64,000 nucleotides of DNA from Eutreptiella sp. 'Long Island Sound 2002' (Eukaryota; Protista; Euglenida): positions 54,684,001 to 54,748,000 of the forward strand of contig OZ038378.1 of assembly GCA_964036045.1 (NCBI GenBank), written 5' to 3'. Made by a program: the position numbers and the translations under genes. Under the pieces are notes generated by a model. That model searched no databases, was not told where the DNA came from, and worked only from the letters and a program-made list of their open reading frames with translations. This document shows positions 35,003-48,549 of the stretch, piece by piece (within the stretch, counting starts at the first letter, position 1; each line of letters begins with the position of its first letter).

Positions 35003-37848
35003 TTGAATGTTGGTGATGTCTACCACCTAGACTCCCTTCCCCTAAAATGATCCGCTAAATCTGTTTACCCGTGTATGGTGTGTATTGTATACCATCATAT
35101 CATCATCTTTAGGCAATACATAAGCTCTACCGTTCGCAGGTGGTCCGGCGGGGGGTCGGGGAACCCAAGGTGATGGTCTATTTCTTCTGGGCGGTCGTGC
35201 CGGGTCGGGAACGGACACCATTTGAGGTGGCAGGTGTGGCCATCATCCAACTGATGTGGCCATCCACTCACAACCGCCTGATCATGCGCCACATTGACCA
35301 AGTCGGTCAGATGCACTGCTTGAAGTAGACGGAGTGCAAGGATGTCCGTGCACTCCAGGATGCTCCGGAACTGGGGGAAGGGGGGTAGATGCTTTTTTGT
35401 TGTGCGGCGGCAAAATGTTTGAGGGCAAGAAGATGGTAGCAGTAGGGTCTCTATGGTCTGAGGTTTGGATGCAAAGTCGGGGTCGCGACAAGCAGATGGA
35501 GCGGAGCACTCTTGGAACAAGGCAGCCGCGCAAGTCGAGACTTTCACCGTGTGCATAGAGTTGAAGAAAACCACGATGTTCGTTAACGGCAATTGTGTTT
35601 AGATTTTGAAAGGAGCTTCTACGATGAACAATGAAAAAGACTGAATGAAGAAAGAACCAGGATTGTAGTGTTTCTTTGTGCGAAGTGTGCCAAGAAATGA
35701 ATGGTACCAAGGCAGCACATGTGGTCTACAAGGGTGGTGCAGCAATGATAGACTTGTTGGAGGCAGGCCTTGGCGTGCACGAAGTACGGTTTTGGCACCA
35801 TACGGCGGCCTAGGAACTAGGAAGCCCACCTTTTCACATGTGTACCGTAAAAAATCATTGTAGGTATACGGGTGGCATCAAACCGTGGGTTTTTGAGGGA
35901 TATGGGTTGTGTTTGAACAAAAAAAACCAAAAATGCTCAAATTTGCAATGTAGTGAACTAAACACCATCCGCACGAATGCGACACCATCAGGCATCAATT
36001 TGGCAAAATGAAATCAGCTTCGCAGAAACATACAGTACTGTACTTCCATGATTCACGCCCGTGAATGTTCCAGTTTTGGCAAATGCACGCCCACGTTCAC
36101 GTTCAAGTTCACCTTCACATCTGCACTCCTGTACTCCTATGCATAGTTACCACAACACGTTCGCTGCCCAAGCTCGCGGCCTTGTAGCCCCATCCCGATG
36201 CTGGAGCCAACACCCAAGCCACCTACTACACCGTACCCGCCACCCCCCATGTAATTGAATTTATCTACGCACCCAACACCAATAAACCGTTCTCTGGGGC
36301 TGTAACAGGGTCAATTACTTTTGGGGTGACATCATGTCACCTTTTGCATGTTGGGGTATATGGGGGTTTTTTGAGGTGCCGGAGCTTCGTAACATAGTGT
36401 CATCCTCTTATTGAACCTAAGGTAAGGCAAGATGGCATTAGTTTGCCTTTCGGTGTATGTTGTTACTGCATATGTGTCCCCCACATTCCTGGTGTGTTGC
36501 TCCACACCTTGATTTTGTGATAACACGTCCTTCGGGTAACACTGCAACGGTTACACAAGACACCGCCATGTTTACAAGGACGTCACTTTGTTGTTGACTG
36601 CCTCGCAAGACTCGGTTATTTTTTCATCTTGATTTGTCGTTTCTACTTCTTGTACCCCTCTAAACTTGTCAAACACACAGGTTCACAGGTTCCTCTCCCA
36701 CTGGGTACCATGTTTGCTGGGTAATAAGTCAACAGATACCCGTTGGGGAACACCCCCAAATCTTGCAATTGGTGGCCTTGGCACACCAATTGGTTGGAGC
36801 TACATTTCCCCAAGAAAGCACGTAGCTTCGGTTTGTATCTGTTGCTTCCTTACTGCGGACCAGTCCTCTGCGCATTTTTTCGGTCTTCATTTACCGCTTT
36901 TGTGCCTTCTACATGTCCAAGCATGTTTCATGAAAATCCTAAAGGCTTTCCCCTCACTAGCTACGGTACACATTGTTGCGGTGACAGGTCATCGGTTACA
37001 ACCGTAGCAATCTTCTGCATTTCACTCATATACCTTTCGGGTCTTTGGTTCTCCCACAATGCCCTTGCCCCAGGTTCTCAAGAAGTTTTTCTAGGAGATT
37101 GAGGTCGGATTGACGTTGCATAGCAACGTTGGGGTGATGTTGCCCGTGGTGGCACTCCTGCCATCGTTCAGCTAGGTATCCCACTTGTACCATGGTCTGC
37201 CGTGCTTTGTTTTGACCACCTAGGTAACACAATAATGTTACCGGTACCACAAGTGAAAACATACACCACCGGCATTGTACTATTGACCATCCATCACTTT
37301 GCATGTGTACCTCTACCTCTTACCCCTTACCTTGCTTGCAGTTGAAGACAAAGAAGCAAGGCCAGCCAGGCCACGTATGCGATAGGGTCTTGACACGGGG
37401 GGGGGGGGGTGGAGTCCTCGGTTCTGTACGCCAACCAGCCCCCAATCAGCTGTTGGCCAGATTACCCCTACGGCGGGGGAGGCGGGGTAGGTGTCCTATG
37501 ATCCACGGAGTCAACCCCCCCCCCACGCTAAGGTCTCAAAGGGGTGTCCTCAGCGCTGACGATGAAAGCAGCGTTGGGGTACAGATCAATGAGGTGGAAT
37601 ACATCAACATCCAGACCTTGCGCAGTCCTGCCGTTCAGGGGAAGGAAGTTGGGGACACCTAGGGTATTTGTTCTAGCAACAAGAAGGACAAGGCCAAGGA
37701 GGGATTTGGGTGCACGCAGCATGGAGTGGTACCGGCGTGTATACCAGTGCCTCCGTCGCCAACAAAGCCCCACCCACGGCAGCCCGGACACCCCCCCACC
37801 CAAAGCACTCCTAATCCCTCACCTAGCAGCGGTACCAGCAAAAGCAGC

Positions 37849-37886
37849 GAGAGAGAGAGAGAGAGAGAGAGATAAAGAGAGACAAA

Positions 37887-37928
<42 letters not shown>
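37849..37928 (+). repeat. (GA)n microsatellite
   Basis: About 80 bp of near-pure GA dinucleotide. Confidence 0.97.
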
Positions 37929-37931
<3 letters not shown>

Positions 37932-39364
37932 CCGGGGTGGCCGTAGAAGAGAAAGAAGAAGGGGACGATGATGGTGGTGACACAAGTGAGCTAGGACCAC
38001 ACACAACAAGTGACCCCATTGAGGCGGATGGGGGTGAGGCAGAAGTTCACATGGAAAGTGATGAGTCACGACGGAAAGGCAACCTTAAGAAGGGGAAAGG
38101 GCACACCTTGCACCCCATCATCCACATTGGTGGTCGAGCCTCTGTTGGGGCCAAGTTGATTTCTTCCCGCCCCATGAAGACTGGAAAAACCCATCGCTCC
38201 TCCACATATGCACAAACTGTGGAACGGGAACATAATGGAGGAGTTGGGAATTGGACTCAAACACATTGCAACAAATTACCAACGGTGTCTAGCTTACATG
38301 GTACCACTACATTTTCTTTTTTTTTTGTTGTTACCTGTTACTTACTATGTTCTTCTGCAAATCGGGCATTGCTTTCGATGGTAAAAAGAACAGGTGCTCG
38401 CGAGGCACACATAGGAGTTTCTCCAACGTGCCTAGAGATGTTGAAGAAGATGGCAGCAAAAGAGTTGGGGATAGAGTCTTCATCTATGATGCTGCAAGCC
38501 GAATTGAAGCATGTATGTGGGTTTTGATTGGCAGTAACCATGGTTTTTGCATTCTTTGACGTTGAGTGACAAAAAATCCAGTAAACATACCAACAATTAC
38601 ATAGGTGGTATCCAAGCATTTTCGTTTCTCTTCCATGGGTCACAAAAAATTCGGGTAACAGGTCAACGGTTGCATATGTATCAAAATTGCATGCTCTTGT
38701 TTTTTTCACAGGGTAAGAAAAAGGCAGTATAATAGGTCAACAGTCACACACGCCGTAACGACACATCTTGTATTTTGACTACCCGGGTACCAAGGTACCA
38801 CGGTATCACGTTGGTAGTTACATCGGTGGTAACACGGCAATTCAATTTTAAACCCTTGGTAATATGCATACCATTCCTTGTGACGGGCAATTTGACTTTG
38901 CTAGAGCCGAGTCGCGACAAGTACGCACTTTTAGAGGAAGCTAAAGAGGAGGGATGTGACGCCTCCAAGAAGTAGCCAACGATGCACGGCCTCATAGCTG
39001 GAAATCTGCAGGGGAAGCCGACAAAACGGAGAGCATGTACTTAGGTATCGTGTTGTGCCGCTCCGGTGTTTCATGGCTTTCATTTGTGTTGGCCTTGCTG
39101 TATGTCCTCCTCTTTGTCTGCAAGAATCTGTAAGCTAGAAAGGTTGCTTTCGAACTTGCAGCCGGGAAAGGCCCACAACAGTCCCCCAGCATGTAGCCGC
39201 GGTCTAAAGATTTGGCACCGGCGTGCATATTCCTTGCTTTGTAGTATTCCTGCTTGCACTTGTGAAGCCACTCTTGTTGCTTTTGGAGGGTCCGTAAAAT
39301 GCATGGTCACCACTGGCCTGAGGGTTTCCGTCAAGAGGAAGCTTGTGGGCTGCCCACAAATTCA

Positions 39365-39985
39365 ACATGACCCCAACGTGAGAGCAACAGAAAGCCCACT
39401 TGCCCACTCTCAACATGCCCTCCTTCTAGGAAGTCCAACTAGGACAAACCCAAAATCCATGCTTCTTGACCCCACTTCAATGCTTTGCTCAGTGGCAACC
39501 GAAAGCCCACATACCCACTCTGAAGACGCCCTTCTTCCACAAAGTCCAACTTGTACAAGCCCCGGATCCATGCTTCTTGCCCCCACTTCAATGCGTTGTT
39601 CGGCAGCAAAGGAAAGCCCACTTGCTATTTTGAAGATACACTTCTTGCAGAAAGTCCAACTTGTATAAGCACCAAATTACATGCTCCTTGACCATACTTC
39701 ACTGCTTTTCACCGGCAAGGGAAAGCCCAATTGCCCACTCTGAAATTGTTCTTCTTCGAGAAAGTCGAATAGGTACAAACCCCAATTCCATGCTTCTTGA
39801 CCCCACTTCAATGCTTTGTTCAGCAGCAAGAGAAAGCCTACCTGCCCACTTTGAACATGCCCCTCTTGCACAGCGTCCAACTTGACAAACCCACATCCAT
39901 GCTCCTTAAACGCATTCCACAAACTCCAAATTGTAGAAACCCGGGATTCGCACTACTTGACGGTACTTCAATGCTTTGTTGAGTG
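39365..39985 (+). repeat. Satellite D array (about 105-110-bp monomer)
   Basis: GCAGCAAGGGAAAGCCCACTTGCCCACTCTGAACATGCCC...ATCCATGCTTCTTGACCCCACTTCAATGCTTTGTTC, same family as 61395-62830. Confidence 0.9.
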
Positions 39986-41249
39986 GCAAGGGAAAGCCTC
40001 CTTGCGCACTCTAAACATGCCCGGGATAAGCTTGGTGGCGCCAGGGGCAGAAGGAATAGCCACGAAAGTGCAAAGGCCAAAGAACGGAGGGAGCAGCGGC
40101 GCAAGCACAAGAGGTTGCGAAGGCCGGTCTGGTAAGAGGGCATCTAGACGGGGCCCGAGGAGAAGAGAAACGTGCCGCCCTGTGAAGGTGCACGTACAAG
40201 AAAGGTACGGCAGGAGCACACCAACCTTTGCTATGTTAACTCTCGTGTTGTTTGCGCTTGTTTCCGCTTGTTTTCTGCCTCCCATCGCTGGGGGCAACAC
40301 GTTACCGCGGTAACATAGCAACGGGTACATGTGTGGTAAGACATCAGGAAACGGGGGTAGCACAAATTCTGAGTTGCACACCGACGATTACATATGTGGT
40401 AATATACGTGTAAACCAGGGTAACACTAGGTCTGGGTAACAAGCCAACGGTGACACATGTGCTAACAACAAAAATGGTCCATATCTCTGTTTATCTGCCG
40501 TGATGTTGGGCTGTTTCTGCCCGAGCCGAGAAGTGAGCCGTGCGTAACCGCCCGCTTCCCCCGCCAAGGTCGAGAAGTCTCTGGTCGCACGGCCCATACC
40601 CAAAAGTCACCGCTGCCCCCGCCAAGGTCCCCATAGTCCAAGCCCCAACACAATCCCAATAGTCCCTGTACTCCCAGTCCGCATCCAGGAAGTCCCGGTT
40701 GGCCCCTGCGCCTCTGAGTGGTCAAGGCAAAGCCAACAAGCGGTTACCGGAGCCCTGCTGCCCCAAGGTGTGACGCCACATCAACCGGCAGGCTAGGCCA
40801 TCCTAGTGCACCCTAGAGTTGTCCTTGTGCCTTCGCAACTAGGGGACGCCACGCAAGTGGCCCCCTCAATGCAAGCTAGTGGCCGCTCCTTGTGGACGTA
40901 GGAGTCGAAAGAGTCAGACGAGAGAGCTTGAGATGAAACCCCTCTACAACCAGAAATGGGGTGCACCACGAGACACCGATGTGATGAACACCACGGGGCG
41001 TGTTTGTGTTTGTTTCCTTTGCAATCCATGTCTCTTGTGCGTGTGTTGTGGGGGTGTGGTGACACCTTACCCGGGGAACAGGCCAACGGTTAGATACGTC
41101 GAAACGGACAGGTGACACAAGGCCTGGGTACCACCTCAACGGTTATCCATGTGGGAACACCATGAATTGCCCCGTAGCCATGACCCAGCCATCAAGTCAC
41201 CCGCTCGATGTTGCGCCAAGGCCTTCGTGGCGCAGCCTACCATAGGGTG

Positions 41250-42715
41250 AAAAATGTCGTCCATGGATGCCACCACGATGGCATATGTTATGCTAGGTTG
41301 TTTGCCAACGATAGTTGCGAATAAGGATCCATTAACATGCTTAAGGGCTGGTCCTGTTCTTTCAAACACCATTGCTCTCCACCTAGGACGGCAGCTGGGT
41401 GGGACAAGCATGGCTGTTGTAATGGGAAAACATGGAAACTGGGATGGTGGTAACATTTGACTGACGGTGGACAAAGTCTACAAACAAAAAGGTTGCGTGG
41501 TGCATCAAATGCGCGAAGAACACAAAAAAAAACGGCAAATAGGCAGGCAAGGGCTTTGTGAGCACACAAGGCGGTTTGACGCCATACGTCTTAAACCCGC
41601 CTTTGACGCCACATGAAAAGCATTGTACGGAATAAGATGTGGTTGGTGCACACGCGTAGACAGACGGATGGCAACGGAGTCGGAAGGGGCGCCACATAGT
41701 AGTGTTATAAAATTCATGGCCCAAAGAATTGTGGGGCTACAGACCTCGGGAAGGCTACTACTGCCCATGGGTTCGATCTGTGGGTAGGGGGGTGGTTGTC
41801 ACAAGGCACAAATCCATGCCCGATAACATGAGGGAAATGGCTAGACTCATGCGCAAGTTCATTGCTAGGAAACTCCACACCCTAGGCATTAAATTGTACG
41901 TGTTGGGTGAGTGGGTACATCCATTTCTAAGGGATATTTTTTTGTCTACGGGCAAAAGGGTGAGGGATTTGCAGGATGACCACCAAGTGGCTAGACCTCG
42001 GACCGCCCGAGAGATGGTACACGGATGGGTGGACCTTCTCCCTAATCATACTCTCATTGTATGTGCCTCATACTTTGGTGGCCACATGGCAGCACACCAG
42101 GTGGCGGGACGCCGGCATCCCATGCTTTTCCCGTGCGACAGGGATCAAGAAGGGATTTCCCAAGATTGGTGATGTGTTGTGTCCCTCGTACACAGCAACA
42201 CCTTTGTTAAAGGGGGCAAGTATAGCCTCCATGTTTATCAAAATACGAAACAGGGCAGCAAACCATCCCATGTCGTCCCGTTTATGCTAAAATGTGGGTT
42301 TGACAATGATTGACTCGGCCGCAAAGCTACTTATACGCTCACACCAGCCAATCTTGCCTGCGGGCCGCTGCCCAATGGTGTTGACAATGCCAATCCATTG
42401 GCACTAGAGCTACGTGAAGCAGGCCGGCTCAAGAGTTGGACCCATGCCTTGAAGGCCTTTTTGTATAGGCATGCAATCGTAAAAAAATTTACAGTTTGCA
42501 AATTCTATGGTTCGATGCCCAAAAAGAAATCCCTTCGGGCTTTCTAGTTGGACATTTTGGGAATTCTTGTCTCCTTGGAGCACGTTGTGCACACACTGGC
42601 GCTTGTGGATACCCGACGTACTTGTAAAGAATGCAAGGGGCACACTACATTCAAGTGTGCACTTTGTGATGTCCACTTGCACTCCTACAGGGGTTGTTTC
42701 CAAAAGTGACATCAA
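41250..42715 (+). pseudogene. Degenerate piggyBac-like transposase (copy 3, best preserved)
   Basis: TRRFDAIR (about 41565); KFIARKLHTLGIKLYVL (about 41855-41905) resembles KP...GIK+YVL; HTLIVCASYFGG (about 42045-42080) second-D region; NGVDNAN..ALELR...R.KSWTHALKAFLYRHAI (42374-42480) third-D region; C-terminal RRTCKECKGHTTFKCALCDVHLHSYRGCFQK*H (42614-42712) matches the piggyBac Cys-rich domain. Confidence 0.85.
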
Positions 42716-44519
42716 GAGGTGAAAGCCTGGACGTCGAAAAGACGGCAGCGATACGGTGTTGGGATGATTGCTACGGGGCATAGAGGGAGTCAAAGAGTGT
42801 GCATGACAAGGATTAGGTAACCACAAAATCAGCGTGGAAAGACACAAAGGGGTAACCGGAAGCAAAGTCGAATGGAAAAAGGGGTGGCTACCCAGGCAAC
42901 ATATCAGCGTTGACATGTGTTGTGAAAACAAAGCACGACACAAGCTCCTAGGTACACCGCCGGAACTATGTGGGGTAACACGTGGGTAACACCCCGGTAA
43001 ATATTTGATACCCAGGTAACCAACATTATATCCCGTGTCAAAAACAAAAAGAGTCGTATTTTTTCAACTCTTTCTTGAGGCAAAAATGAGTGACCAAAAC
43101 CAAATGGATCTATGAGTACAAAGCCTGGACAAGAAACTTTAGTAGTTCCGCCAAATGCCGGCCAAAACCCTACCAAAATAATGCAAATGAGCCTTTCCTT
43201 TGTTTTTTGATGCGTCGCATGGTGCCATGATGTGCAATTTGTGCCTCCTACGGGATGCGCTGCTTTGAGGGCTGGTTCAGAACCACCCCAAAATTTGAGG
43301 GTTGTGGACGGCATTGAATCCCGTACTTTCATGTGTTACATGGGTGTAGTATAATCGAACAATGTGCCTTACATGTCCCATTTGCTCACTTCGGCCCGAA
43401 TGCCACTATTTGTCATTGGGCCGTTTTGCGCACTAATTAGTTAGTGCACAGTTAGTGTACTATCTATCGTGGGGGTTAGTAAACGATAACGTAAGTGTGG
43501 AGGGGGCTACCGCGGTATGTACCGCGCGAAAACTAGTTGTTAATGTGCACGGCATCGCATGCTAGGTGTTTTTGTTTCATGTTTCCTCTCTTCACCTCAC
43601 GTCTCTTTCTCACTATCATGGCCCTTGCGTCTGCCCATGCTTGGTGTAAGCAGCACCTAAAGGTCCTTGGGATTCGTTGCTTGGGCATACCCATGGTGCT
43701 ACAATGGGGGAGTCTCAAGTGCGGCGCCCTGTTGCAAGGCACTTTGCTGAGGGTGTGGACCTTGGACTCAACATCCATGGGTGCCCCTTCAAGGTTGATG
43801 ACAAGGACCCCACGTTTTTGAGCGACTACATCTTTGAGTTGCTTGAAGTAAATTGACCGGTTGCTGCATTTTTCATCCGGCTCGGGCCCGAGGACGTGGA
43901 TATTTTGGTGCGGTGGGTGACCGTGCACACCCAGTGGGATGTGCTGCTCTACAGTGTGGTGTGACACCCTCCAAAATGTTAATCCCTTATTCAAATAGCC
44001 GGTTCACCAAGCAAGAGAGTCCTAATCGAATAGGTTCATGAAGTGTGGATTTCGGTAGTGCCCAAATTTGCATACACGATGCAACTCATGACTCGTCCAA
44101 CATGAATCCCCCATGGTTTGTGATGTTGCTAGCTCCCTATTGTTCTCAACATTAGTGGGCCGGTGGTGTCCTTGCGTGGATATGGCTATGTGGCAATGAG
44201 CTTTGTCGTCCGCAAGCCAGGTGTGACAGCGTGGGTTGGCTCGCCGTGACCTTCGGATGTGTGCCGAGGGTAGGCTATGTGTGTTCTTTGTTTGCGTGTG
44301 ACTAAAGACATATGGGTGTTGTTCTAGGGCATGTGAATGCAGCTGGATTTCCCACTCATTGGGTGCGAGTGTGCTTTTTGTTGCTTGGGCAAGGGTGCGA
44401 GAATGATCTCCAACATGGTGGCGTCCGATTACTCTCCTGGTTGCTTCTAGTGCAAGGATGGTTGCTGTCGTATCACATACAATGCGGAAGGATACGGATA
44501 CGATACGATACAATCGAAT

Positions 44520-44870
44520 ATGGCCCATCAAATAATCAACGCATGGCCTTGTAGCCCCTGTAGGGTGGTGTAGATACAGTTTGTTGAATGTTTAAAGTGT
44601 CTACACTTTCAAAAAAAATCGACGTATGGCCTTATACCTCTTGTAGAGGGGAGCATAAACTATGCCAGGATTCCTTGAAAATTCTAGACCCTTCAAACAA
44701 TCGACACATGGCCTTATACCCGTGGTACAGGGGAGTACACCCCATGCCTTGGTTGTTCGTAGGGTCTACACCATTCAATTCCCCGAACCATGGCCTTATA
44801 ATCCTGGCACAGCGAAGTAGACCCCATGCATGTGTTGATTGTTTAGAAGGCCTAGACCCTGCAAATACAA
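44520..44870 (+). repeat. Satellite C array (about 82-bp self-complementary monomer)
   Basis: AATC(A/G)AC(G/A)(C/T)ATGGCC anchors at 44534, 44617 and 44699. Confidence 0.85.
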
Positions 44871-45369
44871 GGTGGGGGGGACTTCGCAACACGAATTTAG
44901 CACCGTGGGATGGTTTGCCTTTCAAATTCTTCCGAAATTAGCCCTGACAATTTTGAGACTGCTACGAGAAATAAACCCGCCAAAATTTTGCACAATTTCT
45001 GGAACAATAGTTGCTTGAGCATTGAAACATGGCGTACACTGGAAATTTGTGGGCCACGTGATGATGTACGACAAGGAAGCTGATATGAAGCGCCACAACC
45101 GGCTTCATCTTCAAGTAGCATAAGTATGTTGTGCCCTTGCATGTGAGCTGTACGAGAAAGTCGCCACCAGGTAACAGCAGCGCATCAGAAAATCACGGCA
45201 ACCACCCGGACGTAACAACAATGGCCATCAATCAACCACAAGCCAACAAGAATCAACAAGAGCCCTCCATAACTTCATTTGTAGCAAACCACCAAGAAGG
45301 AACAACAACCCTCGACAACTCAGCATCAAAGCATCAAAAAAAAATAACAGCTCTTTCAGGGGCGTAGAA

Positions 45370-45810
45370 CCATCGAAAAACGAACGCATACCCTTTTACC
45401 CCTTATATAAGCGGGTCGACTCCATGTGTTGATGGTTTGGAGGGTGTAGACCCTTCAAGTAACAAACATCAGGCATCATACCCCTTGAAGAGGGGAGTAA
45501 ACAACATGCGTTCTGTCTTTTGGGGAGTCTGGACTCTTGAAACAATCAACGAACGGCCTTATGCCCCTTGTAGAGGAGCGTAGACCCCATGTTTTGATTG
45601 TTTGGAAGAACTACACCCTTCAAAAAATTGATGCATGGGCTTAGACCCCTTGTACACGGGCATAGACTCTATGCGTTGATTGTTTGGAGGGTGCAGACCC
45701 TTCAAATAAGCAACAAATGGGAACTAGACCCGATGCGCTGATTGTTTGAAGGGCCTAGACCCTTCGAAGCACCAACCCGTCGCCTTGTACGCCTTGTAGA
45801 GGGGAGTAGA
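45370..45810 (+). repeat. Satellite C array
   Basis: AAACAATCAACGCATGGCCTTATACCCCTTGTAGAGGGGAGTAGACCCCATGCGTTGATTGTTTGAAGGGTCTAGACCCTTC consensus, about 5 copies. Confidence 0.9.
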
Positions 45811-45889
45811 TCTGGTCACAACTCATAGCATATAACACAGCAACCCAACAACAACATAGAAGAGCAACACACGTGTCCTCATCATGACA

Positions 45890-46160
45890 GCCAACCGCCC
45901 ACCCACCAAGCTATACCTACATCAATCAAAACACACACCACCAAAACATGCACACGCAGGCACACAAGCACACCCACACCCACACCCATTCACCCACCCA
46001 CCCATCGACACCCAAACACACACACATACACACCAATCACCAAAGACATACCAATGCATGCACCTACTCAGCCACACACGCACACAACATGCACCCACAC
46101 CCACACAAACAACAAAGTCTCAGACCACGCACGCACACACACACACACACACAAACACAT
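45890..46160 (+). repeat. Degenerate (CA)n-rich low-complexity tract
   Basis: ACACACACC/CACACACAC runs read directly; a GT-rich counterpart lies at about 46970-47030. Confidence 0.9.
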
Positions 46161-47129
46161 AATTCAGGGTTAGCGTATATTTCAGTTTTGGCCTATGTGT
46201 CTATAGGAAGTCAATTCCCGGCCAGTATTCAGAATTGGCGGGGCCCACAAGTGGCCGGAAATGCTACAGCACAGGTTATACAGGTTATGGTAGATGCAGG
46301 ATGGTGGGGTGGGGGATTGCATGGGGGTCGAACCATAGGTGCATGATCAACCACGTCTGCGGTTAGGAGGGGGGGGTGACGGTGATCCCCACTCACACCC
46401 CCCCAGTGTCTAGGTGTGTGGTGATGAGGCTGTCTTTCTTATTGCATAGCAGTTAAGGTGAGGGAGGGTATGCCTTTTCTCTTCCTAGCCCTTTACTCCT
46501 TTTTGGTCCTTTGATATCGGCCCTTCCTCTCACTTGCCACCCCATAGACTATTTGGGGTTTCAACCAATCGACACGGAACATGGGCCGGGTTTAGAGCCT
46601 TGTGAGACCTGTTGTTTTTATCGCTATTCTGCTTATCTATGGCACTCTTTCGTAATTGCCCCACTCTTGTGATGACGTGGTTTGATAATGGCCGCACGTG
46701 GTACTTCCAAAGTACCCATTGTGATATGCGTGTTGTTTACGTGTTGGCTGAGGGGATGGCACTCTCTAGTCTACACATGGCAAACATTGGCTAATATCAT
46801 CTATGTTTCAACACGGCACCCGGTGTGTGCACACCCCATAGGGCAGCAGCATCCGATCGCATGACTCGGTGCATCCATACCATGGTATGTTGCATGGAGT
46901 TTTTCCCCGGTGCAACATATTGTGGCTGTGGGTGGAGTTGGGGGGGGGGGGGCTATTTGATTTCATTGAGGGTATGTGTGTGTTTGTGTATGGGTGTGTC
47001 TCAGTGTGTGTGTGTGTGTGTGTCTACGGGGAGGGGGGGGTATAGCGAACTGTGTGTGGCTATGCGGACGTCGCTGCATGTATAGGTGGTGTTGGTGCGG
47101 CTTTTGTGGCAGTGTACTGCAAAAATGGT

Positions 47130-47290
47130 ACAACTTTCGTACGAATTTGGTTCCCAAGGTGCCTCAATTATAGACAATTTGAATGTGGTTGTTAACAACT
47201 TCGTATGAACTTGGATTAAAATGCCTACGAAGTTCGTACGGATTTCGCACAAATATTTAATGCAGATCGAACAGCTTGCACGACTTTGTT
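47130..47290. repeat. Cluster of TTCGTACGAA-like palindromic motifs (same family as the ends of 48210-50945)
   Basis: TTTCGTACGAATTT, AACTTCGTATGAACTT, GCCTACGAAGTTCGTACG. Confidence 0.75.
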
Positions 47291-47759
47291 TCGTTTTTGT
47301 GTACATTCGTGAGGAAAGCCACACCATCATGACCCACACCGCATCTTTTATGTCAGGAGCGGGGGGGCGCCGGGACCGGACCCTTTACGCCGACTCCCCC
47401 GTCCCCGCCCCCCTCCCTGGAGGGTTTTGGCCCGGAAGTGCCGGACCATGGGTGCCGAAGGCGCCGTAAAGAATTTTTGCTTGACTTAGTAGAGGGTGAA
47501 AAAATGGGTTTTCATCCCATCTGTCCATACAGAAAATACTCAGTTTTTTTTAGGAGAACACAATAGTGGATGAAAACCAAATTGGACCAAATATGAATAC
47601 CACCCGGGTGCAGAGGTATGTCAAAATGGGCCATACCCTAGTGCCCACGGCACTGCCTGTGCAACTGGTTGGTCCTGGCTTGAAACCCCAGTGTAGTTAG
47701 TCTGCAGCACTGTAGGCAGGATCAGGGGAACCATGGGAAGTTTTGTGTTTTCGTTCTTT

Positions 47760-47915
47760 TGCTTTTTTTTTGCTTTGATTTTGTCCCCTTTGTTGGGGAT
47801 CCCCGAAAACGCTGGGGTGATATAGCATTTCCGCCCACTTGTGGGCCTCCCACAAGGCAGGGGTTAGGCATTTAATTCTGATTTTGTCCCCCTTTCTTTG
47901 GGACCCCAGAGAATG
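47760..47915 (-). repeat. Satellite A fragment, minus orientation
   Basis: GATTTTGTCCCC...TAGCATTTCCGCCCACTTGTGGGCCTCCCACAAGGCAGGGG...TTCTGATTTTGTCCCC. Confidence 0.85.
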
Positions 47916-48549
47916 CACCTATGCCCTTCCGAACAACTTTGTGAGCCATGGAACGGAGCATAAGAAATGTAATGTGTAATGTTTTGATTTGCTGATTGTA
48001 TTCTAGTGTAGAGGAAATCTAGGCTACAATGATTTCTGTTCTAGTCTATGTTCTACGTAGACATTCCACGCTACAAAGCCCTCGCGATGTTGTGTTGGGC
48101 GAGAACGAAATGGTATCTTCTGGCTTCGATCTAGGGATCTGCAAAACAAGTTGTTCAATATTCAACGTGTGCCACAAATAGTAGGGACAAGACAAAATGG
48201 GGGCTAGTTTGTTCACATTTGTACGAAATTGGTACGAAATTCGTGCAATGTTCGTCAAAGTTCATGCCAACTTCGTACAAAGTTCACATGTGGAAATGAG
48301 GTGGGACTTCTGAGTGAATTTAAGAGGACTCGCAGTGAGTTCGACCTAACGGCACGGAAATTGCGTCACCTACTGGCTAGTGAAAACATCCAAATTGGAA
48401 TATATCTACGGTAGCACCGTTTCGGGGACAGTACCACCACAAACACACACTATGGCACCGAGGTACGCGCAAAACACACCAAAACTTAACAAACTCACGC
48501 CTCCGCGACTCGCCCATTGAAACAACCGGTTCACGAAGGGTACCTTGTT

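Noticed and set aside
36720-37080. Integrase-like pieces on the minus strand (GHCGRTK, FMKHAWTC, LQPIGVP...VSVDL)
   Set aside because: Spacing between the pieces is too long and the conserved Cys is missing; probably cherry-picked.
37544-38527. 327-aa ORF, the longest in the track
   Set aside because: It crosses an (ER)n-encoding GA microsatellite and joins unrelated segments; no domain recognised.
43745-43775. GVDLG motif suggesting TnpB/Fanzor RuvC-I
   Set aside because: No downstream RuvC-II (E) or CxxC...DxD.NAA motifs found, and the context does not fit.
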